This document shows positions 1-12,977 of a stretch of 64,000 nt of DNA, piece by piece; positions within the stretch are counted from its first letter, which is position 1, and each line of letters starts with the position of its first letter. Source of the DNA: Sulfolobaceae archaeon (GTDB lineage Archaea; Thermoproteota; Thermoprotei_A; Sulfolobales; Sulfolobaceae); contig JAWARQ010000001.1 of assembly GCA_038893355.1 (NCBI GenBank), forward strand, positions 224,001 to 288,000, given 5' to 3'. The position numbers were made by a program, and so were the translations under genes. Below the pieces are notes generated by a model that was not told the origin of the DNA, made no database searches, and worked only from the letters and a program-made list of their open reading frames with translations.

Positions 1-877
1 TGCCAAACTTTTTATAGAACTTAAATGGTACGTATCCTTCTAGTTGTACAAAGTATTCTGATATTCTAGCTCTTGACATTAATGAAAAAGCATCCCTAAG
101 TGTTAATAGTTTACCATAAATCTCTTTAATCTCTTCTTCTTTATCCTTGAGCTTATCAGCCAAGATTTTTCTTTCTCTTTCTAAAATTTTACCTATATTT
201 TCTATTTTATTTTGTATTTCATAATAGATAGATTTTAGAGAACCTTTACCTTCTACTTCTAATCGCTTTAACTTAAGTTCCTTTATTATCTTTTCTGCCT
301 CACCTTTAGGTGCAATAATAATTGTTGCATATAAATTTTGATCTTTATTATTTGTAAGTTTTTTTACTTCTATTAAGAAATTATTTCTACTTAATTTTTT
401 ATATTGTTCTTCATTTATTATTCCTATATACATATCGAAATATTCTAAGTTATATAATTTTTCTAAACTTTCATCAATTTCTTTAAATGGTTCCAATAAT
501 TTTAAGTTTTCCTTTAGTCTATTTTCTTCTTCTTCAAGCTGCTTAATTTCTACAAGCAAATTCTTATATTCCTCCTTTATCTTTTCACCCTCCTCATAAA
601 CTTTCTTAGAAACTTCAAACCAACTTCCACTAAATTTCATTTTACCAGTAGGTTCTAGTGATATTCTAGCCTCCTCCATTAATTTTTTAATTATGGCAAT
701 ATATTCACTAGTTATAGAAAGTTCACGTCTAGCTTCTTCAATTCTAGAGTTCGATATAGGGGTTTTTGGTTCATCCGGCTGGAAATACCCAAATTTCAAA
801 ATTTTAGTTATTATTTCATTTAACTTCTCCTTAAGTCCGATTATACTTACTCTAATCATGTCCTCTGGAAATATCAA
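1..877 (-). CDS. atpI: A/V-type ATP synthase subunit I, N-terminal part (runs off the window start)
   Basis: Manual translation from TTG at 877: MIFPEDMIRVSIIGLKEKLNEIITKILKFGYFQPDEP..., followed by a coiled-coil-like soluble domain. Divergent from atpF as in Sulfolobales. Not in the ORF track because it is truncated. Confidence 0.88.
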   Translation of the reverse strand, partial: MIFPEDMIRVSIIGLKEKLNEIITKILKFGYFQPDEPKTPISNSRIEEARRELSITSEYIAIIKKLMEEARISLEPTGKMKFSGSWFEVSKKVYEEGEKIKEEYKNLLVEIKQLEEEENRLKENLKLLEPFKEIDESLEKLYNLEYFDMYIGIINEEQYKKLSRNNFLIEVKKLTNNKDQNLYATIIIAPKGEAEKIIKELKLKRLEVEGKGSLKSIYYEIQNKIENIGKILERERKILADKLKDKEEEIKEIYGKLLTLRDAFSLMSRARISEYFVQLEGYVPFKFYKKFG

Positions 878-947
878 TTCTAGTCATGAAATTAGACAGA
901 TTCAGAGCTAAAAAAATATAATCTAATTTAACTAGTCTAGAGTCGTA

Positions 948-1250
948 ATGGGAAAAGTTTTAGTTATGGGTGATAGGTATACTGTATCATTATTTAGGCT
1001 ACTAGGTACTGAGGGAAAGGTTATTGAAGATCCTCTAACGATTGAAGATCATCTAAGAGAATTAAGAAAAAGAGAAGATCTTGACGTAGTATTAATAACT
1101 AAGGACATATATGAGCCTATTAGAGAAAAGATTGATAGTTTTGTTATAGCTAATAAAAAACCTCTAATTGGAATTATCCCTTCACCTTTTTCAGAGGCGA
1201 AACCAATTGATGTAAGAAAGATAATATTAAAAGCATTGGGGTTTGGTTAA
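948..1250 (+). CDS. atpF: A-type ATP synthase subunit F
   Basis: 100 aa; VMGDRYTVSLFRLLG and IIPSP motifs; first gene of the atp operon. Confidence 0.9.
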   Translation: MGKVLVMGDRYTVSLFRLLGTEGKVIEDPLTIEDHLRELRKREDLDVVLITKDIYEPIREKIDSFVIANKKPLIGIIPSPFSEAKPIDVRKIILKALGFG

Positions 1251-1252
1251 AA

Positions 1253-1822
1253 ATGAGTTTAGAAAAAATTTTTGATATAATCTCTGATAGGGTAAAAAAT
1301 GAATTAAAAGAGAATTTTAATCAAGCAGTATCTGAAGTAAATAGGATCATAGAAAACGAATATTCAAGAATTCTAAATATTTATATTTCAAAAATTACAG
1401 AAATTATAAATCAAGCTAAAGAGAGAATAGAAGGGGAGAAGGCAAAACTGGATATTGAGCTTAAAAGACTCATAATGAACGAAAAGGGTATATGGCTACA
1501 ACGTGTTTATGAGGAAACTCTGAAGAACCTAGAAAATTTCTTAAGTTCAGAAAGTTATAAGAAGGGTTTAAAAAATATCTTAGAAAGAGAATCGTTAGAT
1601 AATGCAATAATTTACTGTTCTGAAAATGATGAGAAACTTGTAAAGAGCCTCGTAAGCAATAGGAATGTTAAAGTTGTAAAGGATCGTAAAATTAAGGGAG
1701 GAATAAAGATAGAGTATACTGATCAAGGACTTGTAAAGGATTATACAATAGATTTAATACTGAATCAAGTATTTGAAGCAATGAAAGGAAAAATAGCTGA
1801 AATCCTATTTGGTGGTATATAA
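1253..1822 (+). CDS. atpE: A-type ATP synthase subunit E
   Basis: N-terminal coiled coil and C-terminal IKGGIKI...DYTID motif; position before atpA. Confidence 0.9.
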   Translation: MSLEKIFDIISDRVKNELKENFNQAVSEVNRIIENEYSRILNIYISKITEIINQAKERIEGEKAKLDIELKRLIMNEKGIWLQRVYEETLKNLENFLSSESYKKGLKNILERESLDNAIIYCSENDEKLVKSLVSNRNVKVVKDRKIKGGIKIEYTDQGLVKDYTIDLILNQVFEAMKGKIAEILFGGI

Positions 1823-3603
1823 TGAGTGAGACAGGTAGGATAATTAGAATTAGTGGACCATTAGTAGTTGCAGATGGTATGAGAAATGCTCAGATGTTTG
1901 AAGTAGTTGAGGTAGGAGAACTAAGACTAGTTGGTGAAATTACAAGAATAGAAGGTGATAAAGCATTTATTCAAGTTTATGAAGATACTAGTGGAATAAG
2001 ACCGGGCGAAAGGGTATATAGAACTGGTTCTCTATTATCAGCAGAATTAGGTCCGGGACTAATAGGCAAAATATTTGACGGAATACAAAGACCATTAGAT
2101 GAAATTGCTAATTTAACTAAGAGTCCTTTTGTACAAAGGGGAGTAAAAGTTCCAACGCTAGATAGGAAGAAAAAGTGGCACTTTATTCCCTCAAAGGATA
2201 TTAAAATAGGAGATGTAGTAGAAGGTGGTGATGTTTTAGGTTATGTTCAAGAAACTCCACTTATCCAACACAAGATTCTTGTTCCACCTAATGTTAGAGG
2301 TAAATTAGTAGATTTAGTTAGAGAAGGTGAATATACTGTAGAGGATATTATTGCGGTAGTAGAGTATCAAGGAGACAAGAAAGAATTAAAGATGATGCAA
2401 AAATGGCCAGTAAGAAATCCCAGACCTTATGCTGAAAAACTAGAGCCAACAGAACCGTTATTAACTGGAATAAGAGTAATTGATACTATATTTCCAATTG
2501 CTAAAGGCGGAACAGCTGCAATTCCAGGGCCGTTTGGTAGCGGAAAAACTGTAACTCTTCAAAGTTTAGCTAAGTGGAGTGAGGCTAGAGTTGTAATTTA
2601 CGTTGGATGTGGAGAAAGAGGAAATGAAATGGCTGATGAGTTGAGATCTTTCCCAGAACTTAAAGACCCATGGACCGGCAGACCATTACTGGAGAGGACT
2701 ATATTGATAGCAAATACTAGTAATATGCCAGTAGCAGCAAGAGAAACTAGTATTTACATGGGAGTTACAATGGGTGAATACTTTAGAGATCAAGGATATG
2801 ATGTATTAATAGTAGCTGATTCTACCTCAAGATGGGCTGAAGCACTAAGAGAATTAGGCGGAAGATTAGAAGAAATGCCAGCCGAAGAAGGTTATCCCTC
2901 TTATTTACCGTCAAGGCTTGCAGAGTATTATGAAAGAGCAGGAAGGGTAGTAGCTCTAGGCAGACCAAAAAGACTAGGTTCTGTTACCTTAGCCTCGGCT
3001 GTTTCGCCTCCTGGCGGTGACTTTACAGAACCTGTGACTAGTCATACTTTAAGATTTGTAAAAGTCTTTTGGCCTTTAGATGTTTCTTTGGCACAAGCAA
3101 GGCACTATCCAGCGATAAATTGGATTCAAGGTTTTTCAGGGTATGTTGATTCGGTAGCAGAATGGTGGGCAAAAAATGTTGATCCACAATGGAAAGCATA
3201 TAGAGATGTGTTATCTAACATTTTAATAAGAGAAGATGAATTAAAACAGATCGTAAGATTAGTAGGCCCAGAATCGTTAGCAGAGAAAGATAAGTTAATA
3301 TTAGAGACTGCTAGGATAATTAGGGAAGGCTTCTTAAAGCAAAATGCATATGATGAAGTTGATGCATTTTCTACACCTCAAAAACAATGGAGAATTATGA
3401 AACTCATTGTAATGTTTTATGAAAATGCTAGTAAGCTAATAGAACTAGGACTACCTCTAAGAAAAATTTTAGAAAAAGTTACGATTGTGCCAGAAATAAT
3501 AAGGTCTAAAATGACAATAAGAAATGAAGAGTTACAGAAGTATGATGAATTAGAAAAGAAGTTAAAGGAGCAATTTAGCGAATTATTTAAGGAGGTAAGT
3601 TAA
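1822..3603 (+). CDS. atpA: A-type ATP synthase subunit A
   Basis: Walker [37 protein letters not shown]. Confidence 0.99.
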   Translation: MSETGRIIRISGPLVVADGMRNAQMFEVVEVGELRLVGEITRIEGDKAFIQVYEDTSGIRPGERVYRTGSLLSAELGPGLIGKIFDGIQRPLDEIANLTKSPFVQRGVKVPTLDRKKKWHFIPSKDIKIGDVVEGGDVLGYVQETPLIQHKILVPPNVRGKLVDLVREGEYTVEDIIAVVEYQGDKKELKMMQKWPVRNPRPYAEKLEPTEPLLTGIRVIDTIFPIAKGGTAAIPGPFGSGKTVTLQSLAKWSEARVVIYVGCGERGNEMADELRSFPELKDPWTGRPLLERTILIANTSNMPVAARETSIYMGVTMGEYFRDQGYDVLIVADSTSRWAEALRELGGRLEEMPAEEGYPSYLPSRLAEYYERAGRVVALGRPKRLGSVTLASAVSPPGGDFTEPVTSHTLRFVKVFWPLDVSLAQARHYPAINWIQGFSGYVDSVAEWWAKNVDPQWKAYRDVLSNILIREDELKQIVRLVGPESLAEKDKLILETARIIREGFLKQNAYDEVDAFSTPQKQWRIMKLIVMFYENASKLIELGLPLRKILEKVTIVPEIIRSKMTIRNEELQKYDELEKKLKEQFSELFKEVS

Positions 3604-5007
3604 ATGGAAAGCACATTACTTAATGTAAGAGAGTACAGTAACATTGCCACAATAAAAGGGCCATTACTAATGGTAAAGGGTGTAAGTGATGCAGCGTTTA
3701 ATGAGTTAGTAGAGATTGAATTACCTAATGGAGAGAGAAGAAGAGGGTTAGTTATTGATACACAAATGGGGATATCTGTAGTACAAGTATTTGAGGGTAC
3801 AAGAGGCATTTCACCGACTGGTACTAAAGTTAGATTTCTAGGTAGAGGTTTAGAAATTAGGATTTCTGAAGAGATGTTAGGTAGAATATTTAATCCATTA
3901 GGAGAACCTCTAGATAATGGTCCACCGATAATAAAAGGAGAAAAAAGGGATATTAATGGTTCTCCTTTAAATCCTGCACAGAGAGAATATCCAGAAGAGT
4001 TTATTCAAACTGGAATTTCTGCTATTGATGGTTTGAATGCGTTATTAAGAGGTCAAAAATTACCAATATTTAGCGGAAGTGGACTTCCATCATCGAAGTT
4101 AGCAGTACAAATAGCTAAGCAAGCTACAGTTAGAGGTGAAGAGAGTAAGTTTGCAGTAGTTTTTGCAGCTATAGGAATAAGATATGATGAAGCATTATTC
4201 TTTAAGAAATTCTTTGAGGAGACTGGGGCTATAAATAGGACTGCAATATTTATGAGCTTAGCAAATGACCCGCCGGTGATGAAGATTCTTACGCCAAAGA
4301 TAGCATTAACATTAGCTGAATATCTTGCTTTCGAACAAGATCTACATGTACTTGCTATATTAATTGATATGACAAACTATGCTGAAGCACTTAGAGAATT
4401 GAGTGCATCTAAAGAAGAAGTTCCAGGCAGAGGAGGATATCCTGGTTATATGTATACTGATTTAGCTACAATATATGAAAGAGCTGGAAAGATTAAAGGT
4501 AAGAAAGGTTCAATAACACAAATGCCGATATTAACGATGCCGAATGACGATATTACTCACCCTATACCGGATTTAACCGGATATATTACTGAAGGCCAAA
4601 TAGTTTTAGACAGAAATCTGTTCAATAAAGGCATTTATCCACCAATAAACGTATTAATGAGTCTTTCAAGGTTAGCTAAAGATGGAATTGGAAAGGGTAA
4701 AACTAGAGAAGATCATAAGGATTTAGCAAACCAATTGTTTGCTGCTTATGCTAGGGCGGTAGATACTAGAGGACTTGCTGCAATAGTAGGCGAAGAAAGT
4801 TTACCAGAAGTTGATAGGAAGTATTTAGTATTCGGAGAAGTCTTCGAAAGGAAATTCTTATCTCAAGGTTTTAACGAGAATAGAGATATTGAAACTACGT
4901 TAGATCTAGGTTGGGAAGTACTGTCTGTATTGCCAGAAAGTGAGCTCACTAATATAAGGCCAGAATATATTAAGATTTATCATCCTAAGTACCGTGGAAA
5001 GAAATGA
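3604..5007 (+). CDS. atpB: A-type ATP synthase subunit B
   Basis: [46 protein letters not shown]. Confidence 0.99.
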   Translation: MESTLLNVREYSNIATIKGPLLMVKGVSDAAFNELVEIELPNGERRRGLVIDTQMGISVVQVFEGTRGISPTGTKVRFLGRGLEIRISEEMLGRIFNPLGEPLDNGPPIIKGEKRDINGSPLNPAQREYPEEFIQTGISAIDGLNALLRGQKLPIFSGSGLPSSKLAVQIAKQATVRGEESKFAVVFAAIGIRYDEALFFKKFFEETGAINRTAIFMSLANDPPVMKILTPKIALTLAEYLAFEQDLHVLAILIDMTNYAEALRELSASKEEVPGRGGYPGYMYTDLATIYERAGKIKGKKGSITQMPILTMPNDDITHPIPDLTGYITEGQIVLDRNLFNKGIYPPINVLMSLSRLAKDGIGKGKTREDHKDLANQLFAAYARAVDTRGLAAIVGEESLPEVDRKYLVFGEVFERKFLSQGFNENRDIETTLDLGWEVLSVLPESELTNIRPEYIKIYHPKYRGKK

Positions 5008-5645
5008 GCTCACAAAAAGTATTACCTACTAAAATAAACTTAATAAATATAAGAAGACAATTAAGGTTAGTAAGAATAATAAAGAGATTACTCGAAAACA
5101 AAAGAGAGGTACTACTACTTTACTTAAGGACTTATGCTAGTGAATATGAAAAGTTATTTAGTGAGGTAAATGATTCATTAAAAGAGTTATATAAAACATA
5201 TCTTGATGCAGTTATAGATGAAGGAATTAGTAGAATAGAATCGCTAGCAGAGAGTCAAAAAAGTTCACTTGAAGTTAATGTAAAAACAAGGGTTATTTTT
5301 GGAGTAAAGCTACCTTCTATTAAATTAAATGAATCAAGTATACCTTCAAGAATATTAAGTGATTTAGAAACTTCACCATATCTAGTGAAATCGTATGAAA
5401 TGGTTAGGGTTATATTACCTAAAATTTTCCAATTAATAGAATTAGAGTCAATAATTAGGGGTTTAGCTTCAGAGTTAAGAAGTACTCAGAAATTGATAAA
5501 TTCCATAGATAATTATATACTTCCGTTTTATACTTCATCAGTTAGATATATTAAAGGAGTACTAGAAGATAGGGCAAGAGAGGAATTCACAAGACTTAAA
5601 ATGATAAGGAGAATATTACAGAGGGCTAGGGAAAGTGGACAGTGA
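5004..5645 (+). CDS. atpD: A-type ATP synthase subunit D
   Basis: PTKINL N-terminus, [22 protein letters not shown]; ATGA overlap with atpB. Confidence 0.95.
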   Translation: MSSQKVLPTKINLINIRRQLRLVRIIKRLLENKREVLLLYLRTYASEYEKLFSEVNDSLKELYKTYLDAVIDEGISRIESLAESQKSSLEVNVKTRVIFGVKLPSIKLNESSIPSRILSDLETSPYLVKSYEMVRVILPKIFQLIELESIIRGLASELRSTQKLINSIDNYILPFYTSSVRYIKGVLEDRAREEFTRLKMIRRILQRARESGQ

Positions 5646-5796
5646 AAAATACTATAACCTATTAAGAGAAAGATTAGAGAAGAAAAAGATGGAGATTCTA
5701 TCTCAGATCCAAAAAGAATATGAAAAACTTTTAGAGAATAGGATAAAGAGTATTGAAAACATAAAAGTAAATATTTTAAGGGAGTCCATGAAATAG
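5635..5796 (+). CDS. Small ATP synthase subunit (Sulfolobus epsilon / G-H-like stalk subunit), 53 aa, absent from ORF track
   Basis: Manual translation from GTG 5635: [53 protein letters not shown]. Helical and charged; fills the atpD-atpK gap and overlaps the atpD stop. Confidence 0.8.
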   Translation: MDSEKYYNLLRERLEKKKMEILSQIQKEYEKLLENRIKSIENIKVNILRESMK

Positions 5797-5813
5797 TAGA
5801 TGGGTTTTAAGAT

Positions 5814-6122
5814 ATGAAATGGAAGAGGCTCTTGATAGGACTTCTGCCACTACTATTATTAACTAGTATAGTAACTACAGCCCAAACGCCAGCAGATACT
5901 CCTCAAGGTTTCTCAGGATTAAATATTGGTGCTGGTTTAGCAGTAGGGTTAGCTGCAATTGGTGCTGGAATAGCAGTAGGTATGGCTGCTGCCGCTGGTA
6001 TAGGCGTGCTAACTGAGAGGAGGGACATGTTTGGTACCGTTTTAATATTTGTAGCTATTGGTGAAGGTATAGCAGTTTATGGAATTCTATTTGCTGTACT
6101 CATGCTCTTTGCAAAGATATAA
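5814..6122 (+). CDS. atpK: ATP synthase proteolipid subunit K/c with N-terminal presequence
   Basis: Gly/Ala-rich hairpin [14 protein letters not shown]...[10 protein letters not shown] with the conserved Glu; signal-like N-terminus [16 protein letters not shown]. Confidence 0.95.
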   Translation: MKWKRLLIGLLPLLLLTSIVTTAQTPADTPQGFSGLNIGAGLAVGLAAIGAGIAVGMAAAAGIGVLTERRDMFGTVLIFVAIGEGIAVYGILFAVLMLFAKI

Positions 6123-6124
6123 AA

Positions 6125-6145
6125 ATTTTTTATTTTTGTATTTTC
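6125..6145 (+). terminator. Putative T-rich archaeal terminator after the atp operon
   Basis: Oligo-T runs (tttttttatttttgtatttt-like) immediately after the atpK stop; may double as the proS promoter. Confidence 0.45.
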
Positions 6146-6158
6146 CTATCTGTTAAAT

Positions 6159-7604
6159 GTGAAGGTTTCTAGAGAAAAGTGGGAAAAGAACTTTAGCGAA
6201 TGGTTCGATAGAGTACTTTTTGAGGGCGAATTTTATGATTATGGAAGATATCCAGTAAAAGGTGTTGGAATATGGATGCCTTATGGGTTCAAGTTTAGGC
6301 AAAATGTCTTAAATCTAATGAGAAAATTACTTGATAGTACGGGACATGAAGAAGTTTTATTCCCTCTTCTTATTCCAGAAGATCTACTTAGAAAAGAAGC
6401 GGAGCATATAAGAGGCTTTGAAGGTGAAGTATTATGGGTTACTAAAGGAGGAAAAGAAGATTTAGATGTAAAGTTAGCATTAAGACCAACTAGTGAGGTA
6501 GCAATAACTTATATGGAAAGTTTATGGATAAAGAGTTATAGGCAACTTCCAAAAAAATATTATCAAATTGTTAGTGTATTTAGATACGAAACTAAGGCAA
6601 CTAGACCTATGATAAGGTTAAGAGAAATTACGAGTTTTAAAGAAGCTCATACATTACATGAAACTTATGAGGATGCAGAAAGACAAGTTTATGAGGCTAT
6701 TGGAATTTATAGAGAATTCTTTGATGAATTAGGAATTCCATACGTAATATCAAGAAGACCAGATTGGGATAAATTCGCTGGTGCAGTTTATACAATAGCT
6801 TTTGATACAATAATGCCGGATGGAAGGGTAATGCAAATAGGAACTGTTCACCATTTAGGTCAACATTTTACTAGGGCTCTCGATTACAAAATACAAAAGA
6901 AGGATGGAAGTTTAGATTACCCATACCAAACTAGCTACGGAATTTCGGATAGAGTAATTGCTGCATTAATAGCTATAAATGGAGATGATAATGGGCCAGT
7001 GCTTAATCCTATTGTTGCACCAATAAAGGTAATAATAATCCCAATACCTGCGAAATCCGATGAAGAGACCGAAAAAATAATAAAGTACTCTCGAGAAGTT
7101 TTAGAAGAGCTTAATAATGCAGGAATAAATTCTTATTTAGATGAAGATAAGGAAAAGACACCAGGGGAGAAGTTTTATATTTGGGAATTAAAAGGCGTCC
7201 CATTGAGGATCGAAATAGGTCCAAGGGAAGTTTCAACGAATACTGTGTTCATGAAGTCTAGGCATGATTTTAAAGGATTTAGTTTTCCTAGAGCTGAGTT
7301 AGTAAAAGAGGTTAGGAACCAATTAGAGAGAATTAAAAAAGAATTAAAAGATAGGGCTTGGGAATACTTTAAGAGTAAGATTAGATATACTGAGAATTTA
7401 ACTGAGGCAAAGAAAATAGTTGAAGAGAGAGGGGGAATAGTAGAACTTCCATGGTGCGGTGAAAATTCTTGTGGATTGAAGCTAGAAGAATTAATTAATG
7501 CAAGAGTTTTGGGAGAGCCAATAGAGAAAGTGAGTGTTAGTGGAAATTGTGTAGTGTGCAAGAAGCCAGCAAAGACTATACTACGCATAGCTAAAACTTA
7601 TTAA
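6159..7604 (+). CDS. proS: Proline--tRNA ligase (archaeal/eukaryotic type)
   Basis: YPVKG, ALRPTSE, FRYETK...RLREI, C-terminal Zn site and AKTY end. Confidence 0.98.
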   Translation: MKVSREKWEKNFSEWFDRVLFEGEFYDYGRYPVKGVGIWMPYGFKFRQNVLNLMRKLLDSTGHEEVLFPLLIPEDLLRKEAEHIRGFEGEVLWVTKGGKEDLDVKLALRPTSEVAITYMESLWIKSYRQLPKKYYQIVSVFRYETKATRPMIRLREITSFKEAHTLHETYEDAERQVYEAIGIYREFFDELGIPYVISRRPDWDKFAGAVYTIAFDTIMPDGRVMQIGTVHHLGQHFTRALDYKIQKKDGSLDYPYQTSYGISDRVIAALIAINGDDNGPVLNPIVAPIKVIIIPIPAKSDEETEKIIKYSREVLEELNNAGINSYLDEDKEKTPGEKFYIWELKGVPLRIEIGPREVSTNTVFMKSRHDFKGFSFPRAELVKEVRNQLERIKKELKDRAWEYFKSKIRYTENLTEAKKIVEERGGIVELPWCGENSCGLKLEELINARVLGEPIEKVSVSGNCVVCKKPAKTILRIAKTY

Positions 7605-7638
7605 TATTTATGTAGAAGTGAATATAAGTGAGTTAATT

Positions 7639-7926
7639 TTGCCAAAGAAGAGAGAGAACAGAGGAAGAAGAAAAGGAGATAAAGGTCATGTTGGATACGT
7701 TTCATGTGATAATTGTGGAAAGAGGATACCAGAAGATAAGGCAGTATGTGTTACAAAAATGTACTCACCAGTAGATGCTGCATTAGCACAAGAACTAGAG
7801 AAAAAGGGAGCGATTATAATGAGATATCCAGTAACGAAATGCTATTGTATAAATTGTGCAATTTTCTATGGAATAATAAAGATTAGAGCAGAAGAAGAAA
7901 GGAAACAAAAGGTATCGTTAAAGTAG
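7639..7926 (+). CDS. rps26e: 30S ribosomal protein S26e
   Basis: PKKRENRGRRKG, CDNC...PEDKA, YCINCA; likely TTG start at 7639. Confidence 0.97.
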   Translation: MPKKRENRGRRKGDKGHVGYVSCDNCGKRIPEDKAVCVTKMYSPVDAALAQELEKKGAIIMRYPVTKCYCINCAIFYGIIKIRAEEERKQKVSLK

Positions 7927-7970
7927 CTTTAAAAAAGACTTTTTATAGTTTTATAAGGTAAATAGTTTTG

Positions 7971-8987
7971 ATGAGGATATACGAACTTTCATTTTATGAA
8001 ATTGAGAATTTCTTTTATAAGCTTGCTGAGATTAAAGACATTATAAAGGATGAAGGATTATTAGAGTACTTACCACCATTTAAGAAAGAACTTCCATTAA
8101 TAGAATCTGGTACAACATTGGTTAAGCATGCCTTTCCAATATTCCAGAAAGGTGGAGTAATAATGGATGTTACTAATGTAAAGCAAGCAGAAATAGCTGA
8201 AAATGCAGGTGCTACTGCAGTAATGGTTCTTGATAAACTGCCCTATGATGTTAGGAAAAGTGGTGGAGTAGCTCGAATGGCTGATCCTAAAGTAATTGAA
8301 GAAGTAATGAACTCTATTACAATTCCAGTAATGGCTAAGGTTAGAATTGGACATTATATGGAGGCTAAAGTTTTAGAAGCCTTAGGAGTTGATATGATAG
8401 ATGAAAGTGAAGTTTTGACTCCTGCAGATGAGGAGCATCATATTAATAAATGGGAATTTAAAGTTCCATTTGTTAACGGTGCAAGAAATTTAGGAGAGGC
8501 GCTTAGAAGAATATCTGAGGGTGCTTCTATGATTAGAACTAAAGGGGAAGCTGGTACTGGAAATGTTAGTGAAGCGGTAAAACATATGAAGATAATGAAC
8601 AGTGAAATTAGATCCTTAATATTTATGGCAGAGGAAGATAGGATAAAGAAGGCTAGGGAATTGCAAGTTCCTTATCAATTACTTGAATTAGTAGTTAAGC
8701 TGAAAAGATTACCAGTAGTAAATTTTGCAGCAGGTGGTATAGCTACTCCTGCAGATGCTGCATTAATGATGTGGTTAGGCTCTGATGGTGTTTTTGTAGG
8801 CTCAGGGATATTCAAGAGTCAAGATCCTGAGGAGAGGGCAAGGGCTATTGTTTTAGCAACTGCAAATTGGGAAGATCCGGAGATTGTGTTAGAAGCTCAG
8901 AAAATGATATCGGAATCAAGAAGTATGATGGGAATAGATATTAGGACATTAAAACCAGAAGAATTATTACAAGTGAGAGGACAATGA
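7971..8987 (+). CDS. pdxS: Pyridoxal 5'-phosphate synthase lyase subunit
   Basis: [43 protein letters not shown]. Confidence 0.98.
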   Translation: MRIYELSFYEIENFFYKLAEIKDIIKDEGLLEYLPPFKKELPLIESGTTLVKHAFPIFQKGGVIMDVTNVKQAEIAENAGATAVMVLDKLPYDVRKSGGVARMADPKVIEEVMNSITIPVMAKVRIGHYMEAKVLEALGVDMIDESEVLTPADEEHHINKWEFKVPFVNGARNLGEALRRISEGASMIRTKGEAGTGNVSEAVKHMKIMNSEIRSLIFMAEEDRIKKARELQVPYQLLELVVKLKRLPVVNFAAGGIATPADAALMMWLGSDGVFVGSGIFKSQDPEERARAIVLATANWEDPEIVLEAQKMISESRSMMGIDIRTLKPEELLQVRGQ

Positions 8988-9586
8988 AGATAGGGATAAT
9001 AGCATATCAAGGTAGTTTTGAAGAGCACGGATTAGCAGTAATTAGAGCTTCTAAGAATTTAGGTTTATCAATTCAAGTAGTACCGATAAAGAAACCGTCA
9101 GACCTTAAAGAAGTTGATGGTATCATAATTCCTGGTGGTGAGAGCACAACTATAGGAATCTTGGCATCCAGATTAGGTGTATTAGAATTATTGAGAGAAT
9201 TAATAATCTCTGGTTTACCAGTTATGGGAACATGTGCTGGTGCAATAATGCTTGCTAAAGAGGTTTCAGATGCAAAGGTAGGTAAGAAGTCTCAGCCATT
9301 ATTAGGAGTTATGGATATGGAAGTTATTAGAAATTTCTATGGAAGGCAAAGAGAGAGTTTTGAGGCTTTTATAGACTTATCAGAAATAGGTCTTGGTAGA
9401 GTTAGAGCACCATTTATCAGAGCTCCAGCAATTATTAGAGTCTGGAATGATGCAAAGGCTTTAGCTAAACTAAATGATGTTATCGTAATGGCTAGACAGA
9501 AGAACATGTTAGCTACAACTTTTCATCCAGAACTTTCCTCATCTACTTCTATTCATGAGTACTTCCTATCCATGATTAAGAAATAA
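8984..9586 (+). CDS. pdxT: PLP synthase glutaminase subunit
   Basis: PGGESTT, GTCAG, FIRAP, FHPEL. Confidence 0.98.
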   Translation: MKIGIIAYQGSFEEHGLAVIRASKNLGLSIQVVPIKKPSDLKEVDGIIIPGGESTTIGILASRLGVLELLRELIISGLPVMGTCAGAIMLAKEVSDAKVGKKSQPLLGVMDMEVIRNFYGRQRESFEAFIDLSEIGLGRVRAPFIRAPAIIRVWNDAKALAKLNDVIVMARQKNMLATTFHPELSSSTSIHEYFLSMIKK

Positions 9587-9635
9587 TTTTTATACTTCTA
9601 ATTACGAATACTAAGCGAGTTAAGGGGCTTTAAAT

Positions 9636-11156
9636 TTGAATGATTTGATGATTGATAAATCAGCCTTATTAATAGGTTTATCTAAATATGTAGAAAGAGG
9701 TTTAGTCGTAGGTAACTTTTTAGTTCATAGAAGTCTGTTAGAGGAACTTGAAAAAGAGAGTCAAAATGGTCTATTAACTGCAGAAGTTGCATTAGAGGAA
9801 TTAAGGAAAGTTTCTGAATTAACTGAGAGGTTACTATTAGGTTTTGAAGTTGTAGGTGATGCAAAGGGTGGTAAAGTAGAAGAAATTATAAGAGATTATT
9901 GTTTAAAACATAAATGCACGATACTTACTGCAGATGAAATTCAAAAGAAAATTGCAGAGATTATGAGAATTGATGTAATTTATTTAAAACCATTAGATGA
10001 ACAACTAAGTATAGAAAAATTCTTTGATGAGAGTACAATGAGTGTTCATTTAAAAGAAGGAACTACACCTAAAGTTAAGAAGGGAAAACCTGGATCATGG
10101 TCATTTGTAGAATTATCTACTCAACCAATTACTGCAAGTGAAATAAAGAAGATTGTAGCTGAGATTTTAACAGCAACTAAGGTATTTAAGGATTCATTTA
10201 TTGAAGTAGAAAGAAAAGGTTCTACGATAATACAGTTAGGAAAGTATAGGGTTGTAGTTACTAGACCGCCATTAAGTGATGGTTGGGAGGTTACAATTAC
10301 GCGCCCTGTTACTAGAAAGACCTTAGAAGATTATAATATTAGTGAACAACTAATAAAACGATTTAAGGAGAAAGCAGAAGGAATAGTTATTGCTGGAGCA
10401 CCTGGAATGGGTAAGACAACTTTTGCACAAGCATTGGCAGAGTTTTATATGAGATTAGGTAAGGTGGTAAAGACAATAGAATCTCCAAGGGATATGTTCT
10501 TACCACCTGAAATAAGTCAGTATTCTAAAAATTATGCTGAAATTGGTGAGTTGCATGATATATTATTACTTAGTAGACCAGACTATACTGTCTATGATGA
10601 AATGAGAAATGATGAGGATTTTAAGTTATATGTTGATTTAAGATTAGCAGGGATTGGTATGATAGGAGTAGTCCATGCAACATCGCCTATAGATGCTATA
10701 CATAGATTTGTTAATAGGGTAGATATAGGTACTATTCCAAATATACTTGATACTGTAATATTTATACATTCTGGAGAAGTGAAGAAGGTCTATACGCTTG
10801 AAATGACGGTAAAAGTACCAACAGGATTGAGGGAGGCTGATTTAGCAAGACCAGTAGTGGAGGTTAAGGATTATATTACAAATACTGTAGAGTATGAAAT
10901 CTATGTTTTTGGAGAACAAACAATGATAGTTCCAATTAGGAAAGTTTCTAGACAAGATAATATTATGAATAAGATTAAGATGGCATTAGAAAATTCAATA
11001 CCAGATGCAAAGGTGGAGTATGAGAACGGTGAGTATGTAATTATAATACCTAAAACTTCGATACCAGTATTTAATAGGAAAATAGTGAGTAAAATCAGAA
11101 GATTAGAAAAGAAATTGGGTATAAAAACTAAAATTAAGTTTCAGGAGAGTTCGTAA
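9636..11156 (+). CDS. PINA: PIN-domain/VapC-like P-loop ATPase with C-terminal KH-like domain (Holliday junction migration)
   Basis: N-terminal PIN-like domain, GAPGMGKTT, YDEMR, GVVHA, DLARPV; adjacent to hjc. Confidence 0.9.
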   Translation: MNDLMIDKSALLIGLSKYVERGLVVGNFLVHRSLLEELEKESQNGLLTAEVALEELRKVSELTERLLLGFEVVGDAKGGKVEEIIRDYCLKHKCTILTADEIQKKIAEIMRIDVIYLKPLDEQLSIEKFFDESTMSVHLKEGTTPKVKKGKPGSWSFVELSTQPITASEIKKIVAEILTATKVFKDSFIEVERKGSTIIQLGKYRVVVTRPPLSDGWEVTITRPVTRKTLEDYNISEQLIKRFKEKAEGIVIAGAPGMGKTTFAQALAEFYMRLGKVVKTIESPRDMFLPPEISQYSKNYAEIGELHDILLLSRPDYTVYDEMRNDEDFKLYVDLRLAGIGMIGVVHATSPIDAIHRFVNRVDIGTIPNILDTVIFIHSGEVKKVYTLEMTVKVPTGLREADLARPVVEVKDYITNTVEYEIYVFGEQTMIVPIRKVSRQDNIMNKIKMALENSIPDAKVEYENGEYVIIIPKTSIPVFNRKIVSKIRRLEKKLGIKTKIKFQESS

Positions 11157-11580
11157 TAAAGTAATCTAATGGTTTTACAAGTTTCGAGTCTACATATCTA
11201 ACTAGTTCATCAAATGTTAATGCCTTATTTAATACTTCCTCATCTATAAGAAAGTTCCCATTGTCTGTTCTTTTTAAATTCTCGAACTTAATGAAGTATA
11301 ATTCTTTCGGGTACTTAACGCCTATAAATAATTCAGCACCAGCCTTTCTTGCAAATTCAGCTATTCCTAATCCTTGCTCTTTGGATATATATATTCTTCC
11401 TTCTCTTCTTCTACTCTTCATTTCAATAAGTATAATAACTCCAGATTTCATGAGTATTATATCTGGTATATGATCTTTTCTCTTACTTCCACTTGCCGGT
11501 GTCCTAACTACTGCAAAACCTCTATCTCTAAATTTATTTACTATTTGCCTCTCAATACTACTTCCTCTCTGTTTATTCAC
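11134..11580 (-). CDS. hjc: Holliday junction resolvase Hjc
   Basis: GSSIER, GFAVVRTPASGS, PDII, IEMK (PD-(D/E)xK); convergent with PINA. Confidence 0.95.
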   Translation of the reverse strand: MNKQRGSSIERQIVNKFRDRGFAVVRTPASGSKRKDHIPDIILMKSGVIILIEMKSRRREGRIYISKEQGLGIAEFARKAGAELFIGVKYPKELYFIKFENLKRTDNGNFLIDEEVLNKALTFDELVRYVDSKLVKPLDYFITNSPET

Positions 11581-11602
11581 AATGTATAATAAAAAGGAAG
11601 GT

Positions 11603-12954
<1,352 letters not shown>

Positions 12955-12977
<23 letters not shown>

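Noticed and set aside
693-911. 72-aa plus-strand ORF
   Set aside because: Antisense shadow of atpI
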